This document shows positions 26,595 through 40,946 of a stretch of DNA of 64,000 nucleotides, one piece after another. The notes below the pieces were generated by a model. That model did no database searches. It was not told the origin of the DNA and saw only the letters and a list, made by a program, of their open reading frames with translations. A program made the translations under genes and the position numbers. The DNA is from Felis catus (taxonomy: Eukaryota): the NCBI RefSeq assembly GCF_018350175.1, contig NC_058373.1, forward strand, positions 103,356,001 to 103,420,000. The letters run 5' to 3'. Each line of letters begins with the position of its first letter. The stretch's first letter is position 1.

Positions 26595-26795
26595 GGGGCA
26601 CCTGGGTGGTTCACTCAGCTGAGCCACTGACTCTTGACTTGGGCTCAGGTCATGATTTCACAGTTCATGTTGTGACGCACAGCACTCCACTGTGCTGACT
26701 CAGCAGAGACTGCTTGGAATTCTTGATCTCCCCCTCTCTCTGCCCCTCCCCAGTTCACATTCTTTCTCAAATAAAACATTTAAGACAAAAACAAA
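26595..26795 (+). mobile_element. Can-SINE (older, diverged)
   Basis: GGGGCACCTGGGTGG head. Flanked by degenerate TSD ...ACTCTT. Confidence 0.88.
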
Positions 26796-26879
26796 AAAAC
26801 TCTTACTATGGTTACCAGAGGGGAGGTGGTTGTGGAGACAGGTGAAATACATGAAGGAGACTAAGAGTATGCTTATCTT

Positions 26880-27622
26880 TAACCATTCATCAGTCAATGG
26901 ACATCTGGCCTCTTTCCATAGTTTGGCTATTATTGATAATGCTGCTATACATATCAGGGTGCATATGCCCCCTTTGAATCAGTAGTTTTGTATCCTTTGG
27001 GTAAATACCTAGTAGGGCAATTGATGGGTCATAGGGTGGTTCTATTTTGAACTTTTTGAGGAACCTCCATACTGTTTTCCAGAGTGGCTGCACCAGTTGC
27101 CATTCCCACCAACAGTATAGGAACGTTCCTCTTTCTCTACCTCCTCACCAACATCTGTTGCTTCCGGTGTTGTTAATTGTAACCATTCTGACAGGTGTGA
27201 GATGAGGTGTGTATATATACACAATGGAATATTGCTCCACCATCAAAAAGAATGAAATCTTGCCATTTGCAATGACATGAATGGAGCTAGAGTGTATTAT
27301 GCTAAGCAAAATAAGTCAGAGAAAGACAAATACCATATGATTTCACTCATATGTGGAATTTAAGAAACACAACAGTAGAACATAGGGAAAGGGGGGAAAA
27401 TGGGAAGCAAACCATAAAGAGACTCTCAACTATAGAGAATAGACTGAGGGTTGATGGAGGGAGGTGGGGGGATGGGCTAAATAGGTGATGGATATAAATG
27501 AGTCCACTTGTGATGAGCACTGGTTGTTATATGCAAGTGATGCATCACTAAATTCTATACCTAAAACAAATTTTACCATATACATTAACTAACTAGAATT
27601 TAAATAAAAACTTGAAATAAAA
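26880..27622 (+). mobile_element. 5'-inverted (twin-primed) L1: minus segment ~26877-27204, plus segment ~27206-27622
   Basis: Minus-strand peptide [13 protein letters not shown] followed by a plus-strand 3' UTR and A tail. Degenerate TSD AAGAGTATGCTTATCTT (26863-26879) / AAGAATACACTGATCTT (27623-27639). Confidence 0.85.
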
Positions 27623-28269
27623 AAGAATACACTGATCTTAATGAGCACTCAGTACTATATGAAATTATTAAATCACTATATTGTATACCTGAAAGTGAAA
27701 TGACACTATACGTTAACTACAATTTGAAATTTAAGTTGAAATAAATAAAACCAAGTTTGGCTGAGATCCGGGGGTGGGTGGGGGGAGGTCATTTTTAACC
27801 TTATGACCTTGGTAAATAAATCTAGTACATCCCAAATTTATTTGACCACAGACCTGCTCTTCTCCCATCTAATGTGTTTTACTTTCTTGGGGAGTGCTAT
27901 AATTAGTCGGCTGTAGCAGTTATGGACCTATTGCCATACATTCTCAAAATTATTTTAAAGACACAAAGGAGCATGAGCCCAATGTTGACCACTGATATTC
28001 ATGGAGTTCTAAACTCTACTATTTATATATACTATTTGTTGCTGTGTACAGCTCTGTATCACAGCCTCTATGACTTAAAGCATTTAAATGACCATGTAGT
28101 ATTTACTATATATTTTCATAACAAAGTTATATTTGTGACTATATATATGAGAATAAGGCTGACAAGTATATACCGCCTTTTCAGTTGGTAGATGTTTCTC
28201 AATTTTAGAAGTATTTTATTTTTCACAATTTCAAAGTCCTATTCTGTTCCTTAGAATTAGTTAATTCAC

Positions 28270-28488
28270 AGGGCTCCTGGGTGGCTCAGTCAGTCAAGTA
28301 TCTGACTCCTGATTTCAGCTCAGGCATGATCTTTCAGTTTCATGAGTTTGATCCCCATGTCTGGCTCTGAGCTGCCAGTGTGGAGTCTGCTTGGGATTCT
28401 CTCTTCCTGCCCCCTCTCACTCTGCCTCTCTCCTGCTCACACGGGGACTCAGTCGGTCTCTCTTTCTCTCTCTCAAAAAAAAAAAAAG
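28270..28488 (+). mobile_element. Can-SINE
   Basis: SINE head, CT run, poly(A). TSD GTTAATTCAC at 28260-28269 and 28489-28498. Confidence 0.93.
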
Positions 28489-30517
28489 GTTAATTCACTA
28501 ATCCACTTGGATACGAAGCTGGGTTATCACTGGATCATTACCCCTTGTTGCTGGTGGAAAGCATCAGGATTCTTGACTGATTATCCTGTTAGTTTCTTGT
28601 ATAGAGCAAGAGTAAAAACTCATTGAAAATGCTGCAACCTATGCTATAAAATCTAATAAATAGTCCAATAAAATCAGTCTCTGCCGCCCACCAAGATTTC
28701 CATTGGATGAGAACTCCTTAGTTACACTGTATTATAGTTTGATTTTTAATGGAGTTGCCTACTTGCCTCTGTAAATCTGTAGGATAAAATCTGCTTTAGA
28801 AAATAAAGGTGTCTATGATACAGTCAGTCTGAATCAACAGGATTAAAATTAGAAAACAAAGCCAATGCGGACAGAGGAAAGAGCACCAAGTTAGGTGTCA
28901 GTTTCTGGTAATTATATGGCTGCTAATTGTGTGGTCCTATGCAAGTTGCTTAATCTTTCTGCCTGTTTTTCCTACGGGAGATGATGAAATGGGACTAAAT
29001 TGATCACATCAAGTCATGAGTCTCAATTTAAAAGATTGAAATTATACTAAATATCTTTTCCTATCACAACAGAAGGAAACTAAAAAATAATAGAAGGAAA
29101 ACTGGAAACTTCACAATAATGTGTAAATTAAATAGCACACTCCTGAACAATTGTTAGGTCAAAGGGGAACCTAAAAAGAAAATTAGAAAATACATTGAGA
29201 CAAATTAAAACAAAACTACAACATATCAAAACTTATAGTAAAAGGGAAATTCACAGCAATAAGTGCACATATTAAAAAAGAAGGAAGATTTCAAACAACC
29301 CAACTTTATACCTCAAGGAGCTAGAAAAAAAAAAAAAAAACAAGCCAAAAGGTAAGAGAAGGAAGGAAATTACAAGGAGCACAAGAAACAAAATAGAATA
29401 TTCTAAAAATAGAAAAAAATTGACAAACTAAGAGGTGTTTTTTTTTTTGGAAAAGACAAACAATTGACAAATCCTTAGCTAAACTAAGAAAGAAGAGAAC
29501 AAATGCAAGTAAAACTAGAATGAAAAGTATCACAACTGAGGACATAGGAATAAAAAGAGTGATTGACTACTATGAACAACTTCCACCAACAAATTGATAA
29601 CCTAGAAGAAATGGATAAATTCCTAGAAACATAGGACCTACTAAAACTAAGTCATGAGGAAATAGAAAGCTTAAACAGACTCATAACTACTATGGAGATT
29701 GGATCTGTAATCAAAAACTTCCCAAAAAAGAAGAGCCCAGGACTAGATGGCTTCACTGGTAAATTCTACCAAACATCTAAAAGAAGAATTAAGGTTAATC
29801 CTTCTCAAACTCTTCCCAAAAGCTGGTAAGGAGGGAATCCTTCCAAATTCATTTTATGAGACAAGGATTACTTTGATTCCAAAGCTAGACAAAGCAAACT
29901 ACAGGCCAATATCTCTGATGAACATAAACACAAAAATCCTCAACAAAATAGTAGTAAACTGAATTCAATAGCACATTGGAAGGATTATACACTATGACCA
30001 AGTGAGATTTATCCTTGGGATGCTAGGCAGATTCAATATACAAAAACTAAAGTTATATATTACATCCTAAGATTAAAGGATAAAAATTACAATTGCCTCA
30101 ATAGATGCAGAAAAAACATTTGCTCAGATTCATCATCAATTCATGATTACAATTCTCAACAAACTGGGAATAGAAGGAAAATATCCCAACAAAATTGAAG
30201 CTATATATTAAAAGCATGTAGATAACATACTGATGAAAAATTGACAATTTTTTCTCTAAAATCAGGAATAAGGCAAGGATGCACACTCTTACCACTTCTG
30301 CTTAACACAGTACTAGAAGTGATAGCTAGAGCAATTAGACAAGAAAAACACATAATGCAAATTGGAAAGGAAGTAAAATGATCTGTTGGCAGATGACATT
30401 TTATGTACAGAAAACCACAAGAATCCATTAAAAAACTATTGTAACTAATGAAACTAATAAGTGAATTCAGTAAAGTTGTAGGATACCAAGTCAACATACA
30501 AAAATCACTTGTGTTTT

Positions 30518-33500
30518 GGGAGTTCCTGTTCAAGAGCAATGTAGGAAGACTCTGAACTCATCTCCTCCATGGAACACACCAAATTACACCTATTAATAGA
30601 ACAATTCCTCCTGAATAACTGAACTCTGACTGAACAGCTTCTGAACAACCAAAGGTAGAACAGCAAGAGAATGGCAAGAGAGACAGAGACACAGTAACAA
30701 AGGGAACCCCCACCACTGTGAATGGCAGTGGTGAGTGATAGTACTGAGGGACTAGGAACAGATCCCTCTGTCCTTAGGCACAGAAAGAAAGCCATAGCTT
30801 AAAGGAGCAACCAGTACATAAAGGAAGCAACACTAGAGCTGTGCCAAGTGGCAGAGGAGCTGCAGGAATGCTCTCCAGGTCAGAGGAACTAGAGAATGAC
30901 ACAGTTTATGTTCCCCCCGCCCCCCCCCCCACCATAAAAGTCCAGACCAGAACAGGGTCTACACACCACAATGGGCATGTTGTCTGGTTGTCTCAGTAAG
31001 CTCATGACCTCAGCAAGCCTAGGGTATCAAGTCCACACCAACCCCTCACTCTGGGATATAGAAAAACAGGCCGGGGTTTAAAAGGGCCAAGCAGCAGTGG
31101 GAACACTCTCCCCTCTCCCCCTTAAAAGCTCAGACCTGAGCAGGGTCTGGCTCACAGAACGCTTGCAGCCTCAGTGAGCCCAGGGTCCATAAGTCCACAA
31201 GCCCATGGCAGCTGCCCTGTGGTGCTGAGGCACAGAAAACAAGCCATAGGTTCCACCTAATCTATAGAAATAAACACAGAAAGTTAAGCAAAATAGGGAG
31301 ACAGAGGAATATACTCCAAAAGAAACAAGACAAAACCTCAAAAGAACTAACAGATAAGCAATATACCTGATAAAGAATTTAAAATAATGATCATAAAGAT
31401 ACTCACTAGACTTGACAGAAAAGACTTAAGAAATCTGAGGCTTTCAATAAAGAGAAAATATTAAAAATAACCAGGGTTGAAGGACACAATAACTGAAAAT
31501 AAAAAACACACTAAAGGGAAGCAACAGATTAGCAGAGGCAGGAGTACTCAGTGATCTGGAAGACAAGATATTGGAAAACACATAAGCTGAACAGCAAAAA
31601 GAGAAAATAATTTTTTTAATGAAGATAAATTAAGAGATCTCTTAGAAAACATCAAGTCTAGCACTGCTGGGGGTCCCAGAAGAAGAAGAGAGAAATGTGT
31701 AGAAAACTTATTTGAAGAAATAATAACTGAAAACTTCTCTAACCTAAGGAAGGAAAGAGATATCCCAAATCCAAGAAGCAGAGTTCAAGACAAGATGACC
31801 CCAAGCAGGCACAGAATAATTGAAACATCAAAAGGTTAAAGACTCTTAAAAGCAACAAGGAAGAAAGTGACCTACCAGGGCAAACCTATAAGGCTATCAG
31901 CTTATTTTTCAGCAGAAACTTGGCCAGCAAGAAGCAAGTTGCATAATACAGTCAAAGTGCTGAAAGGGAAAAACCTGCAACCAAGAATACTCTACCAGCA
32001 AGGTTTCATTCACATTTGAAAGAGAGATAGTTTCCCAGACAAACAAAAGATAAAGGACTTTATCACCACTAACCCAGCCTTACAAGAAATGTTAAAGGGA
32101 CTTCTTTAAAGTAGAAAAGAAATAGCCATAATTAGACATAAGAAAACTATGAACAAAAAGATGTAAAATATGAACACAAATACATCAACTTTGGAGAAGA
32201 GAGTAAAAAAGGGGTAAGGAAAAGTAAATTTTTTATTTTTCTGTTTTTTTGTTTTTGTTGTGGTTATTGGAATGTGTATGAACCTAAAGGACCAATAAAT
32301 ACAAACTGCTATTTTACTTAGGATGTTATTTATGAACTTCATGGTAAACACAAACCCAAAACCTATGGTAGCCACACAAAAAATAAAGAGAAATAAATCC
32401 AAACAAAACACTATAAATACTCAACACAAAGCAAAGGCAAGAGAAGAGAAAAAAAAACAGAAAACAAATTTTTAAAAACAGCAATAAGTACAATACCTAT
32501 CAATAATTATTTTGAATGTAAATGAACTAAATGCTGCAATCAAAAAACAGTAGCAGAATGGAGTTTTTAAAAAGACCCATCTTTATGCTGCCTGCAAGAG
32601 ACTCATCTTATACCTAAAGATACCTGGAGATTGAAAGTTAGAGAGGATGGAGAAGCATCTAACATGCTAATGGAGGTCAAAATAAAGCTGGAGTACCAAT
32701 GCTTATATTGGACAAACTACACTTTAAAACAAAGACTGTAACAAGAAACAAAGGACACTATATAATAATAAAGGGAACGATCCAGCAAGAAGATACAACA
32801 ACTATAATAATTTATGCATCCAACATGAAAGCACCCAAACACCTAAAACAGTTAATAAACATAAAGAAACTAATCAATAATAATATAATAGTAGGGGAAT
32901 TTAACACCCCATTTACATCAATGGAAAGATCATCTAAACAGAAAAATCAACTAGGAAACAATGTCTTTGAATGACACACTAGACCAGATGGATGTATTAA
33001 CAGATTTTTCTGAACATTCCATCCTAAAAAAGCAGAATACACATTCTTTTCAAGTGTACATGAACATTCTCCAGAAGAGATCACATATTATGTCACAAAA
33101 CAGGCCTTAACAAAAAAAAAAAAAAAAGATTGACGTTATACCATGCACCTCTCTATCAGGTTATAAAACTAGAAAAAAAAATCTGAAAAGAACATAGATA
33201 CACAGAGGTTAAACAACTTGCTAGTAAACAATGAATGGGTCAACCAGGAAATAGAAGCAGAAATAAAAAATTACATGAAAACAATTGGAAATGAAAAAAA
33301 CAGTCCAAATACTTTGGGATGATGCAGAAGTGGTCCTATGAGGGAAGTTTATAGCAATACAGGCCTACATTAAGAAAAAAAATCTCAAACAATCTGACCT
33401 TAAACCTAAAGGAGCTTGAAAAAGAACAAACACAACCCCAAACCAGCAGAAGGAAGGAAATAATAAAGATTACAGCAGAAATAAGTTATATAGAAACAAT

Positions 33501-36285
33501 ACAACAATGAAACCAGGAACTGGTTCTTTGAAAAAATTGATAAACCTCCAGTCAGACTTATCAAAAAGAGAAAGGACTCAAATAAATAAAAATCATAAAT
33601 GAGAGAGGAGAATTAACAACCAACTCCACAGATACAAATAATGAGACTTATGAAAAACTATACGCCAACAAATTGGACAACCTAGAAGAAATAGATAAAT
33701 TCCTCGAAACATATAACCTACCAAAACTGAAACAGAAAGAAATCAAAAACTTAAACAGACTGATAACCAGCAAAGAAATTGAATCAGCAATCATAAACTC
33801 CCAAAAACAAAAGTCTAGGACCAGATGTCTTCATAGGCAAATTCTACTAAACATTTAAAGAAAAGTGAATATCCATTCTTCTCAAACTATCCCAAAAAAA
33901 CAGAAAAGGAAAACTTCATTCTATGAATCCTTCAAATTCACTCTATGAGGCCAGCATTATTGCCCTCATACCAAAACCAGATAAAGACACCACAAAAAGA
34001 ATAGTTTCAGGCCAATATCTCTGATGGACACAGATGCAAAATTTCTTAACAAAATACTAGCAAAGCAAATCTAACAATAAAGAAATCATTCATCAAGATC
34101 AAGTGGGATTTATTCCTGGGCTGCAAGGGTGGTTCAATATTTGCAAGTCAATGTGATATAACACATTAATAATAAAAAAAAGAATAAGAACCATATGATC
34201 ATTTCAATAGATGCAGAAAAAACATTTGACAATGTAAAAAATCCATTCATGATTTAAAAAGCCCTCAACAATAGGTTTAGAGTGAACATATCTCAATATA
34301 ATAAATACCATATGTGAAAAACCCATAGCTAATATCTTGAGTGGGGAAGAACAGAGCTTTTCCCCTCAGGTCAGGAATAAGATAGGGTTGTCTACTCTCA
34401 CCACTTTTATTCAATATAGTACTGGAAGTCCTAGCCACAGCAATCAGACAACAAAAAGAAAACAAAAAGGTATCCTTGGGGTGCCTGGGTGACTCATTTG
34501 GTTAAGCATCTGACTCTTGATTTCAGCTCAGGACATGATCTCATGAACCAGGAGATGGAGCCCTGTATCAGACTCTGCACTGACACAGCACAGTCTGCTT
34601 AGGATTCTCTCTCCCCCTCTCTCTTCTCTTCTCTCTCTCCCTCTCTCTCACAAAAATAAACATTAAAAAAAGAGGCAAAAGGCATCCAAATCAGCAAGAA
34701 GTAAAACTTTCACTATTTGCAGATGGCATAATACTCTATATAGGTACCTTGAAAGATTCCACCAAAAACCTGCTAGAATTGATACACGAATTCAGTAGAG
34801 TCACAGGATAGAAAACCCATGTACAGAAATCTGTTACATTTCTATACACCAATAAGAGAAGGAATCCATTTACAACAATCCATTTACAATTGCACCAAAC
34901 CATAAGATACCTAGGAATAAACCTAACCAAAGAGACGAAAGATCTGTACTCTGAAAACTATGAAAACTATAAAACACCGATGAAAGAAATTGAAGACAAC
35001 ACAAAGAAATGGAAAGACATTCCATCCTCATGGGTTGGAAGAATACTGTTAAAATGTCTATACTACCTAGAGCAAACTACACATTTAATGCAATCCCTAT
35101 CAAAATACCAACAGCATTTTTCACAGAGCTAGAGCAATGGTATGATTGGTATGGAACCACAAGGTTCTGAATATCCAAAGTAATCTTAAAGAAAAGAAAA
35201 GCAAAAAGCAATCACAATTGCAGACTTTAAGTTGTATCACAAAGCTGTAGTGATCAAAACAGTATGGTATTAGCACAAAAATAGACACACAGATGAATGG
35301 AACAGAATAGAAAGCCCAGAGATGAACCCACTATTATATGGTCATTAATCTTTGACAAAGAAGGAAAGAATATTCAACGGGAAACAGATGGTCTCTTCAA
35401 CAATTGGTGTTGTTGGTGTTAGGAAAACTGGATAGCAACATGCAAAACAATGAAAGTAGACCACTTCCTTACACCACACACAAAATAAATTCAAAATGGA
35501 TTAAAGACCTAAATATGAGACCTGAAAATCAAAAAGGCCTTGAAGAGAGCTCAGGCAGTAATTTCTCTGACATCAGCAGTAGTAACTTTTTTCTAGATAG
35601 GTCCTCAGAGGCAAGGGAAACAAAAGCAAAAATACATTGATGCGACTACATCAAAATAAAAAAAACTTCTGCACAATGAAGAAAACAATCAACAAAACTT
35701 AAAGGCAACCAACAAAATGGGTGAAGATATCTGCAAATGACATTATGTGATAAAGGGTTTGTATCTAAAATATATCGAGAACTTATAAAACGCAACACTC
35801 AAAAACTGATCAAATTAAAAATTGGGAAGAAATGAATAGACATTTCTCCAAAGACGATATCCAGGTGGCCAACCATCACATGAAAAGATGCTCATCATCA
35901 CTCACCATCAGGGAAATACAAATCAAAATTACATGAAGATATCACTTCACACCTGTTAGGATGGTTAAAATCAACAACAGAAAAAACCATCAGGTGTTGG
36001 GGAGAATGTGGAGAAAAAGGAACACTTGTGCACTAAATGATAGGAACAGAAACTTTTGCAGCCACTGTGGAGAACACTATGGATGGAGTTTCCTCATAAA
36101 GTTAAATATAGAACCATGGTATGATCTAGCAATTGCACTACTAGGTATTTACCACCCCCCAATACAAAAATACAAAATCAAAGGGATATACATACTCTTA
36201 TGTTCACTGCAGCATTAGCAACAATAGCCAAATTATGGAAACAGCCCAAGTGTCCATTGACTGATGAATGGCTAAAGAAGCTGTG

Positions 36286-36328
<43 letters not shown>

Positions 36329-36724
36329 AAATCTTGCCATTTGCAATGACATGGATGGAGCTAGAAAATATTATGCTAAGCAGAATAAGTCAGTTAGAGA
36401 AAGATAAATACCATATAATTTTGCTCACACAGAATTTAAGAAACAAATGAGCAAAGGGAAAAAAGAGAGGCAAACCAAGAAACAGACTCTTAACTATAGA
36501 GAACTGATGGTACCAAAGTAGAGGTAGGGGGATGGGTGAAATAGGTGATGGGGATGAAGGAGTGCACTTGTGATGAGCACCACGCGTTATATGGAATTAC
36601 TGAATCACTATATTGTACATCTGAAACTAATATGACACTGTAGGTTATCTAAAATTAAAATAAAAGCTTTAAAAAATTAAATTAAAATAAATTTTAAAAA
36701 GACTTTACTCCTCCCCCCCCCCCC
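30518..36724 (+). mobile_element. Full-length decayed carnivore L1 (5' UTR ~30518-31260, ORF1 remnant ~31290-32110, ORF2 remnant ~32480-36450, 3' UTR)
   Basis: ORF2 peptides ([41 protein letters not shown]). Degenerate TSD AAAATCACTTGTGTTTT (30501-30517) / AATTCAGTCATGTTTT (36725-36740). Confidence 0.88.
34478..34672 (+). mobile_element. Can-SINE nested in L1 ORF2
   Basis: GGGGTGCCTGGGTGACTCA head. Degenerate TSD AAAAGGTATCC/AAAAGGCATCC. Confidence 0.9.
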
Positions 36725-36873
36725 AATTCAGTCATGTTTTTATATGCTAAAAATGAGCTATCTGGGAAGGAAATTAGAAAAACAATCCCATTCATAATAG
36801 TAGCAAAAGAATAAAATACTTAGGAATAAGCTAAGGAGCCAAAGTTTTTTTTAAAGTTTATTTATTTTGAGAG

Positions 36874-37242
36874 GCACAGAGAACTCCCTTCAGACGTAAC
36901 TTGAATCGATCTTCTGCATGACATATCATAGTGAAACTGGCAAAATACAAGGATAAAGAGAAAATTCTGAAAGCAGCAAGGGGTAAACGTGCCCTCACAT
37001 ATAAAGGGAGACCTATAAGACTCGTGACTGATCTCTCTTTTGAAACTTGGCAGGCCAGAAAGAATTGGCACGAGATTTTCAGGGTGCTAGACAGAAAAAA
37101 TATGCAGCCGAGAATCCTTTACCCAGCAAGTCTGTCATTTAGAATAGAAGGAGAGATAAAGGTTTTCCCAAACAAACAAAAACTGAAGGAATTTGTCACC
37201 ACTAAACCAGCCCTACAAGAGATCCTAAGGGGGACCCTGTGA
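36874..37242 (+). pseudogene. L1 ORF1p C-terminal portion (truncated; in-frame TGA at 36919-36921)
   Basis: AQRTPFRR...SA*HIIVKLAKYKDKEKILKAAR...[14 protein letters not shown]. The stop is probably a CGA>TGA change. Confidence 0.9.
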
Positions 37243-37292
37243 GACAAAGTCCCAGAGACATCACTACAAGCATAAAACATACAGACATCACA

Positions 37293-40200
37293 ATGACTCT
37301 CAACCCGTATCTTTCTATAATAACACTGAATGTAAATGGATTAAATGCACCAACCAAAAGACATAGGGTATCAGAATGGATAAAAAAACAAGACCCATCT
37401 ATTTGCTGTCTACAAGAGACTCATTTTAGACCTGAGGACACCTTTAGATTGAGAGTGAGGGGATGGAGAACTATTTATCATGCGACTGGAAGCCAAAAGA
37501 AAGCTGGAGTAGCCATACTTATATCAGACAAACTAGACTTTAAATTAAAGGCTGTAACAAGAGATGAAGAAGGACATTATATAATAGTTACAGGGTCAAT
37601 CCATCAGGAAGAGCTAACAATTATAAATGTCTATGCGCCGAATACCGGAGCCCCCAAATATATAAAACAATTACTCATAAACATAAGCAACCTTATTGAT
37701 AAGAATGTGGTAATTGCAGGGGACTTTAACACCCCACTTACAGAAATGGACAGATCATCTAGACACACGGTCAATAAAGAAACAAGGGCCCTGAATGAGA
37801 CATTGGATCAGATGGACTTGACAGATATATTTAGAACGCTGCATCCCAAAGCAACAGAATATACTTTCTTCTCGAGTGCACATGGAACATTCTCTAAGAT
37901 AGATCATATACTGGGTCACAAAACAGCCCTTCATAAGTTTACAAGAATTGAAATTATACCATGCATACTTTCAGACCACAATGCTATGAAGCTTGAAATC
38001 AACCACAGGAAAAAGTCTGGAAAACCTCCAAAGGCATGGAGGTTAAAGAACACCCTACTAACGAATGAGTGGGTCAACCAGGCAATTAGAGAAGAAATTA
38101 AAAAATATATGGAAACAAACGAAAATGAAAATACAACAATCCAAACGCTTTGGGACACAGCGAAGGCAGTCCTGAGAGGAAAATACATTGCAATCCAGGC
38201 CTATCTCAAGAAACAAGAAAAATCCCAAATAGAAAATCTAACAGCACACCTAAAGGAACTAGAAGCAGAACAGCAAAGGCAGCCTAAACCCAGCAGAAGA
38301 AGAGAAATAATAAAGATCAGAGCAGAAATAAACAATATAGAATCTAAAAAAACTGTAGAGCAGATCAACGAAACCAAGAGTTGGTTTTTTGAAAAAATAA
38401 ACAAAATTGACAAGCCTCTAGCCAGGCTTCTCAAAAAGAAAAGGGAGATGACCCAAATAGATAAAATCATGAATGAAAATGGAATTATTACAACCAATCC
38501 CTCAGAGATACAAACAATTATCAGGGAATACTATGAAAAATTATATGCCAACAAATTGGACAACCTGGAAGAAATGGACAAATTCCTGAACACCCACACT
38601 CTTCCAAAACTCAATCAGGAGGAAATAGAAAGCTTGAACAGACCCATAACCAGCGAAGAAATTGAATCGGTTATCAAAAATCTCCCAACAAATAAGAGTC
38701 CAGGACCAGATGGCTTCCCAGGGGAGTTCTACCAGACGTTTAAAGCAGAGATAATACCTATCCTTCTCAAGCTATTCCAAGAAATAGAAAGGGAAGGAAA
38801 ACTTCCAGACTCATTCTATGAAGCCAGTATTACTTTGATTCCTAAACCAGACAGAGACCCAGTAAAAAAAGAGAACTACAGGCCAATATCCCTGATGAAT
38901 ATGGATGCAAAAATTCTCAATAAGATACTAGCAAATCGAATTCAACGGCATATAAAAAGAATTATTCGCCATGATCAAGTGGGATTCATTCCTGGGATGC
39001 AGGGCTGGTTCAACATTCGCAAATCAATCAACGTGATACATCACATTAACAAAAAAAAAGAGAAGAACCATATGATCCTGTCAATCGATGCAGAAAAGGC
39101 CTTTGACAAAATCCAGCACCCTTTCTTAATAAAAACCCTTGAGAAAGTCGGGATAGAAGGAACATACTTAAAGATCATAAAAGCCATTTATGAAAAGCCC
39201 ACAGCTAACATCATCCTCAACGGGGAAAAACTGAGAGCTTTTTCCCTGAGATCAGGAACACGACAAGGATGCCCACTCTCACCGCTGCTGTTTAACATAG
39301 TGCTGGAAGTTCTAGCATCAGCAATCAGACAACAAAAGGAAATCAAAGGCATCAAAATTGGCAAAGATGAAGTCAAGCTTTCGCTTTTTGCAGATGACAT
39401 GATATTATACATGGAAAATCCGATAGACTCCACCAAAAGTCTACTAGAACTGATACATGAATTCAGCAAAGTTGCAGGATACAAAATCAATGTACAGAAA
39501 TCAGTTGCATTCTTATACACTAACAATGAAGCAACAGAAAGACAAATAAAGAAACTGATCCCATTCACAATTGCACCAAGAAGCATAAAATACCTAGGAA
39601 TAAATCTAACCAAAGATGTAAAGGATCTGTATGCTGAAAACTATAGAAAGCTTATGAAGGAAATTGAAGAAGATTTAAAGAAATGGAAAGACATTCCCTG
39701 CTCATGGATTGGAAAAATAAATATTGTCAAAATGTCAATACTACCCAAAGCTATCTACACATTCAATGCAATCCCAATCAAAATTGCACCAGCATTCTTC
39801 TCGAAACTAGAACAAGCAATCCTAAAATTCATATGGAACCACAAAAGGCCCCGAATAGCCAAAGGAATTTTGAAGAAGAAGACCAAAGCAGGAGGCATCA
39901 CAATCCCAGACTTTAGCCTCTACTACAAAGCTGTCATCATCAAGACAGCATGGTATTGGCACAAAAACAGACACATAGACCAATGGAATAGAATAGAAAC
40001 CCCAGAACTAGACCCACAAACGTATGGCCAACTCATCTTTGACAAAGCAGGAAAGAACATCCAATGGAAAAAAGACAGCCTCTTTAACAAATGGTGCTGG
40101 GAGAACTGGACAGCAACATGCAGAAGGTTGAAACTAGACCACTTCCTCACACCATTCACAAAAATAAACTCCAAATGGATAAAGGACCTAAATGTGAGAC

Positions 40201-40946
40201 AGGAAACCATCAAAACCTTAGAGGAGAAAGCAGGAAAAGACCTCTCTGACCTCAGCCGTAGCAATCTCTTACTCGACACATCCCCAAAGGCAAGGGAATT
40301 AAAAGCAAAAGTGAATTACTGGGACCTTATGAAGATAAAAAGCTTCTGCACAGCAAAGGAAACAACCAACAAAACTAAAAGGCAACCAACAGAATGGGAA
40401 AAGATATTCGCAAATGACATATCGGACAAAGGGCTAGTATCCAAAATCTATAAAGAGCTCACCAAACTCCACACCCGAAAAACAAATAACCCAGTGAAGA
40501 AATGGGCAGAAAACATGAATAGACACTTCTCTAAAGAAGACATCCGGATGGCCAACAGGCACATGAAAAGATGTTCAGCGTCGCTCCTTATCAGGGAAAT
40601 ACAAATCAAAACCACACTCAGGTATCACCTCACGCCAGTCAGAGTGGCCAAAATGAACAAATCAGGAGACTGTAGATGCTGGAGAGGATGTGGAGAAACG
40701 GGAACCCTCTTGCACTGTTGGTGGGAATGCAAATTGGTGCAGCCGCTCTGGAAAGCAGTGTGGAGGTTCCTCAGAAAATTAAAAATAGACCTACCCTATG
40801 ACCCAGCAATAGCACTGCTAGGAATTTATCCAAGGGATACAGGAGTACTGATGCATAGGGCTACTTGTACCCCAATGTTCATAGCAGCACTCTCAACAAT
40901 AGCCAAATTATGGAAAGAGCCTAAATGTCCATCAACTGATGAATGA
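37293..40946 (+). CDS. L1 ORF2p (APE endonuclease + reverse transcriptase + Cys-rich domain), 1217 aa, prematurely terminated
   Basis: ATG at 37293 ([18 protein letters not shown]). EN motifs CLQETH, GDFNTP, IDHILG, SDH; RT motifs QGCPLSP, FADD; C-terminal CWRGC..HCWWEC. Ends at PSTDE* because of a 4-bp deletion. Confidence 0.95.
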   Translation: MTLNPYLSIITLNVNGLNAPTKRHRVSEWIKKQDPSICCLQETHFRPEDTFRLRVRGWRTIYHATGSQKKAGVAILISDKLDFKLKAVTRDEEGHYIIVTGSIHQEELTIINVYAPNTGAPKYIKQLLINISNLIDKNVVIAGDFNTPLTEMDRSSRHTVNKETRALNETLDQMDLTDIFRTLHPKATEYTFFSSAHGTFSKIDHILGHKTALHKFTRIEIIPCILSDHNAMKLEINHRKKSGKPPKAWRLKNTLLTNEWVNQAIREEIKKYMETNENENTTIQTLWDTAKAVLRGKYIAIQAYLKKQEKSQIENLTAHLKELEAEQQRQPKPSRRREIIKIRAEINNIESKKTVEQINETKSWFFEKINKIDKPLARLLKKKREMTQIDKIMNENGIITTNPSEIQTIIREYYEKLYANKLDNLEEMDKFLNTHTLPKLNQEEIESLNRPITSEEIESVIKNLPTNKSPGPDGFPGEFYQTFKAEIIPILLKLFQEIEREGKLPDSFYEASITLIPKPDRDPVKKENYRPISLMNMDAKILNKILANRIQRHIKRIIRHDQVGFIPGMQGWFNIRKSINVIHHINKKKEKNHMILSIDAEKAFDKIQHPFLIKTLEKVGIEGTYLKIIKAIYEKPTANIILNGEKLRAFSLRSGTRQGCPLSPLLFNIVLEVLASAIRQQKEIKGIKIGKDEVKLSLFADDMILYMENPIDSTKSLLELIHEFSKVAGYKINVQKSVAFLYTNNEATERQIKKLIPFTIAPRSIKYLGINLTKDVKDLYAENYRKLMKEIEEDLKKWKDIPCSWIGKINIVKMSILPKAIYTFNAIPIKIAPAFFSKLEQAILKFIWNHKRPRIAKGILKKKTKAGGITIPDFSLYYKAVIIKTAWYWHKNRHIDQWNRIETPELDPQTYGQLIFDKAGKNIQWKKDSLFNKWCWENWTATCRRLKLDHFLTPFTKINSKWIKDLNVRQETIKTLEEKAGKDLSDLSRSNLLLDTSPKARELKAKVNYWDLMKIKSFCTAKETTNKTKRQPTEWEKIFANDISDKGLVSKIYKELTKLHTRKTNNPVKKWAENMNRHFSKEDIRMANRHMKRCSASLLIREIQIKTTLRYHLTPVRVAKMNKSGDCRCWRGCGETGTLLHCWWECKLVQPLWKAVWRFLRKLKIDLPYDPAIALLGIYPRDTGVLMHRATCTPMFIAALSTIAKLWKEPKCPSTDE

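Larger units (their letters stand above)
24505..27750 (+). mobile_element. 5'-truncated carnivore L1 (ORF2 3' half + 3' UTR) hosting two SINEs and a twin-primed L1
   Basis: ORF2 peptides ([35 protein letters not shown]). The 3' UTR resumes at 27623 and ends with AAATAAATAAAA at ~27750. Confidence 0.9.

Noticed and set aside
37239..37292. N-terminal extension of ORF2 from GTG overlapping the ORF1 stop
   Set aside because: ORF-caller alternative start in the inter-ORF spacer. The homologous ORF2 start is the ATG at 37293.
37239..40946. RT-endonuclease ORF as a novel or domesticated system
   Set aside because: It is a canonical L1 ORF2p with ORF1 remnant, 3' UTR, A tail and TSD. Its intactness reflects youth.
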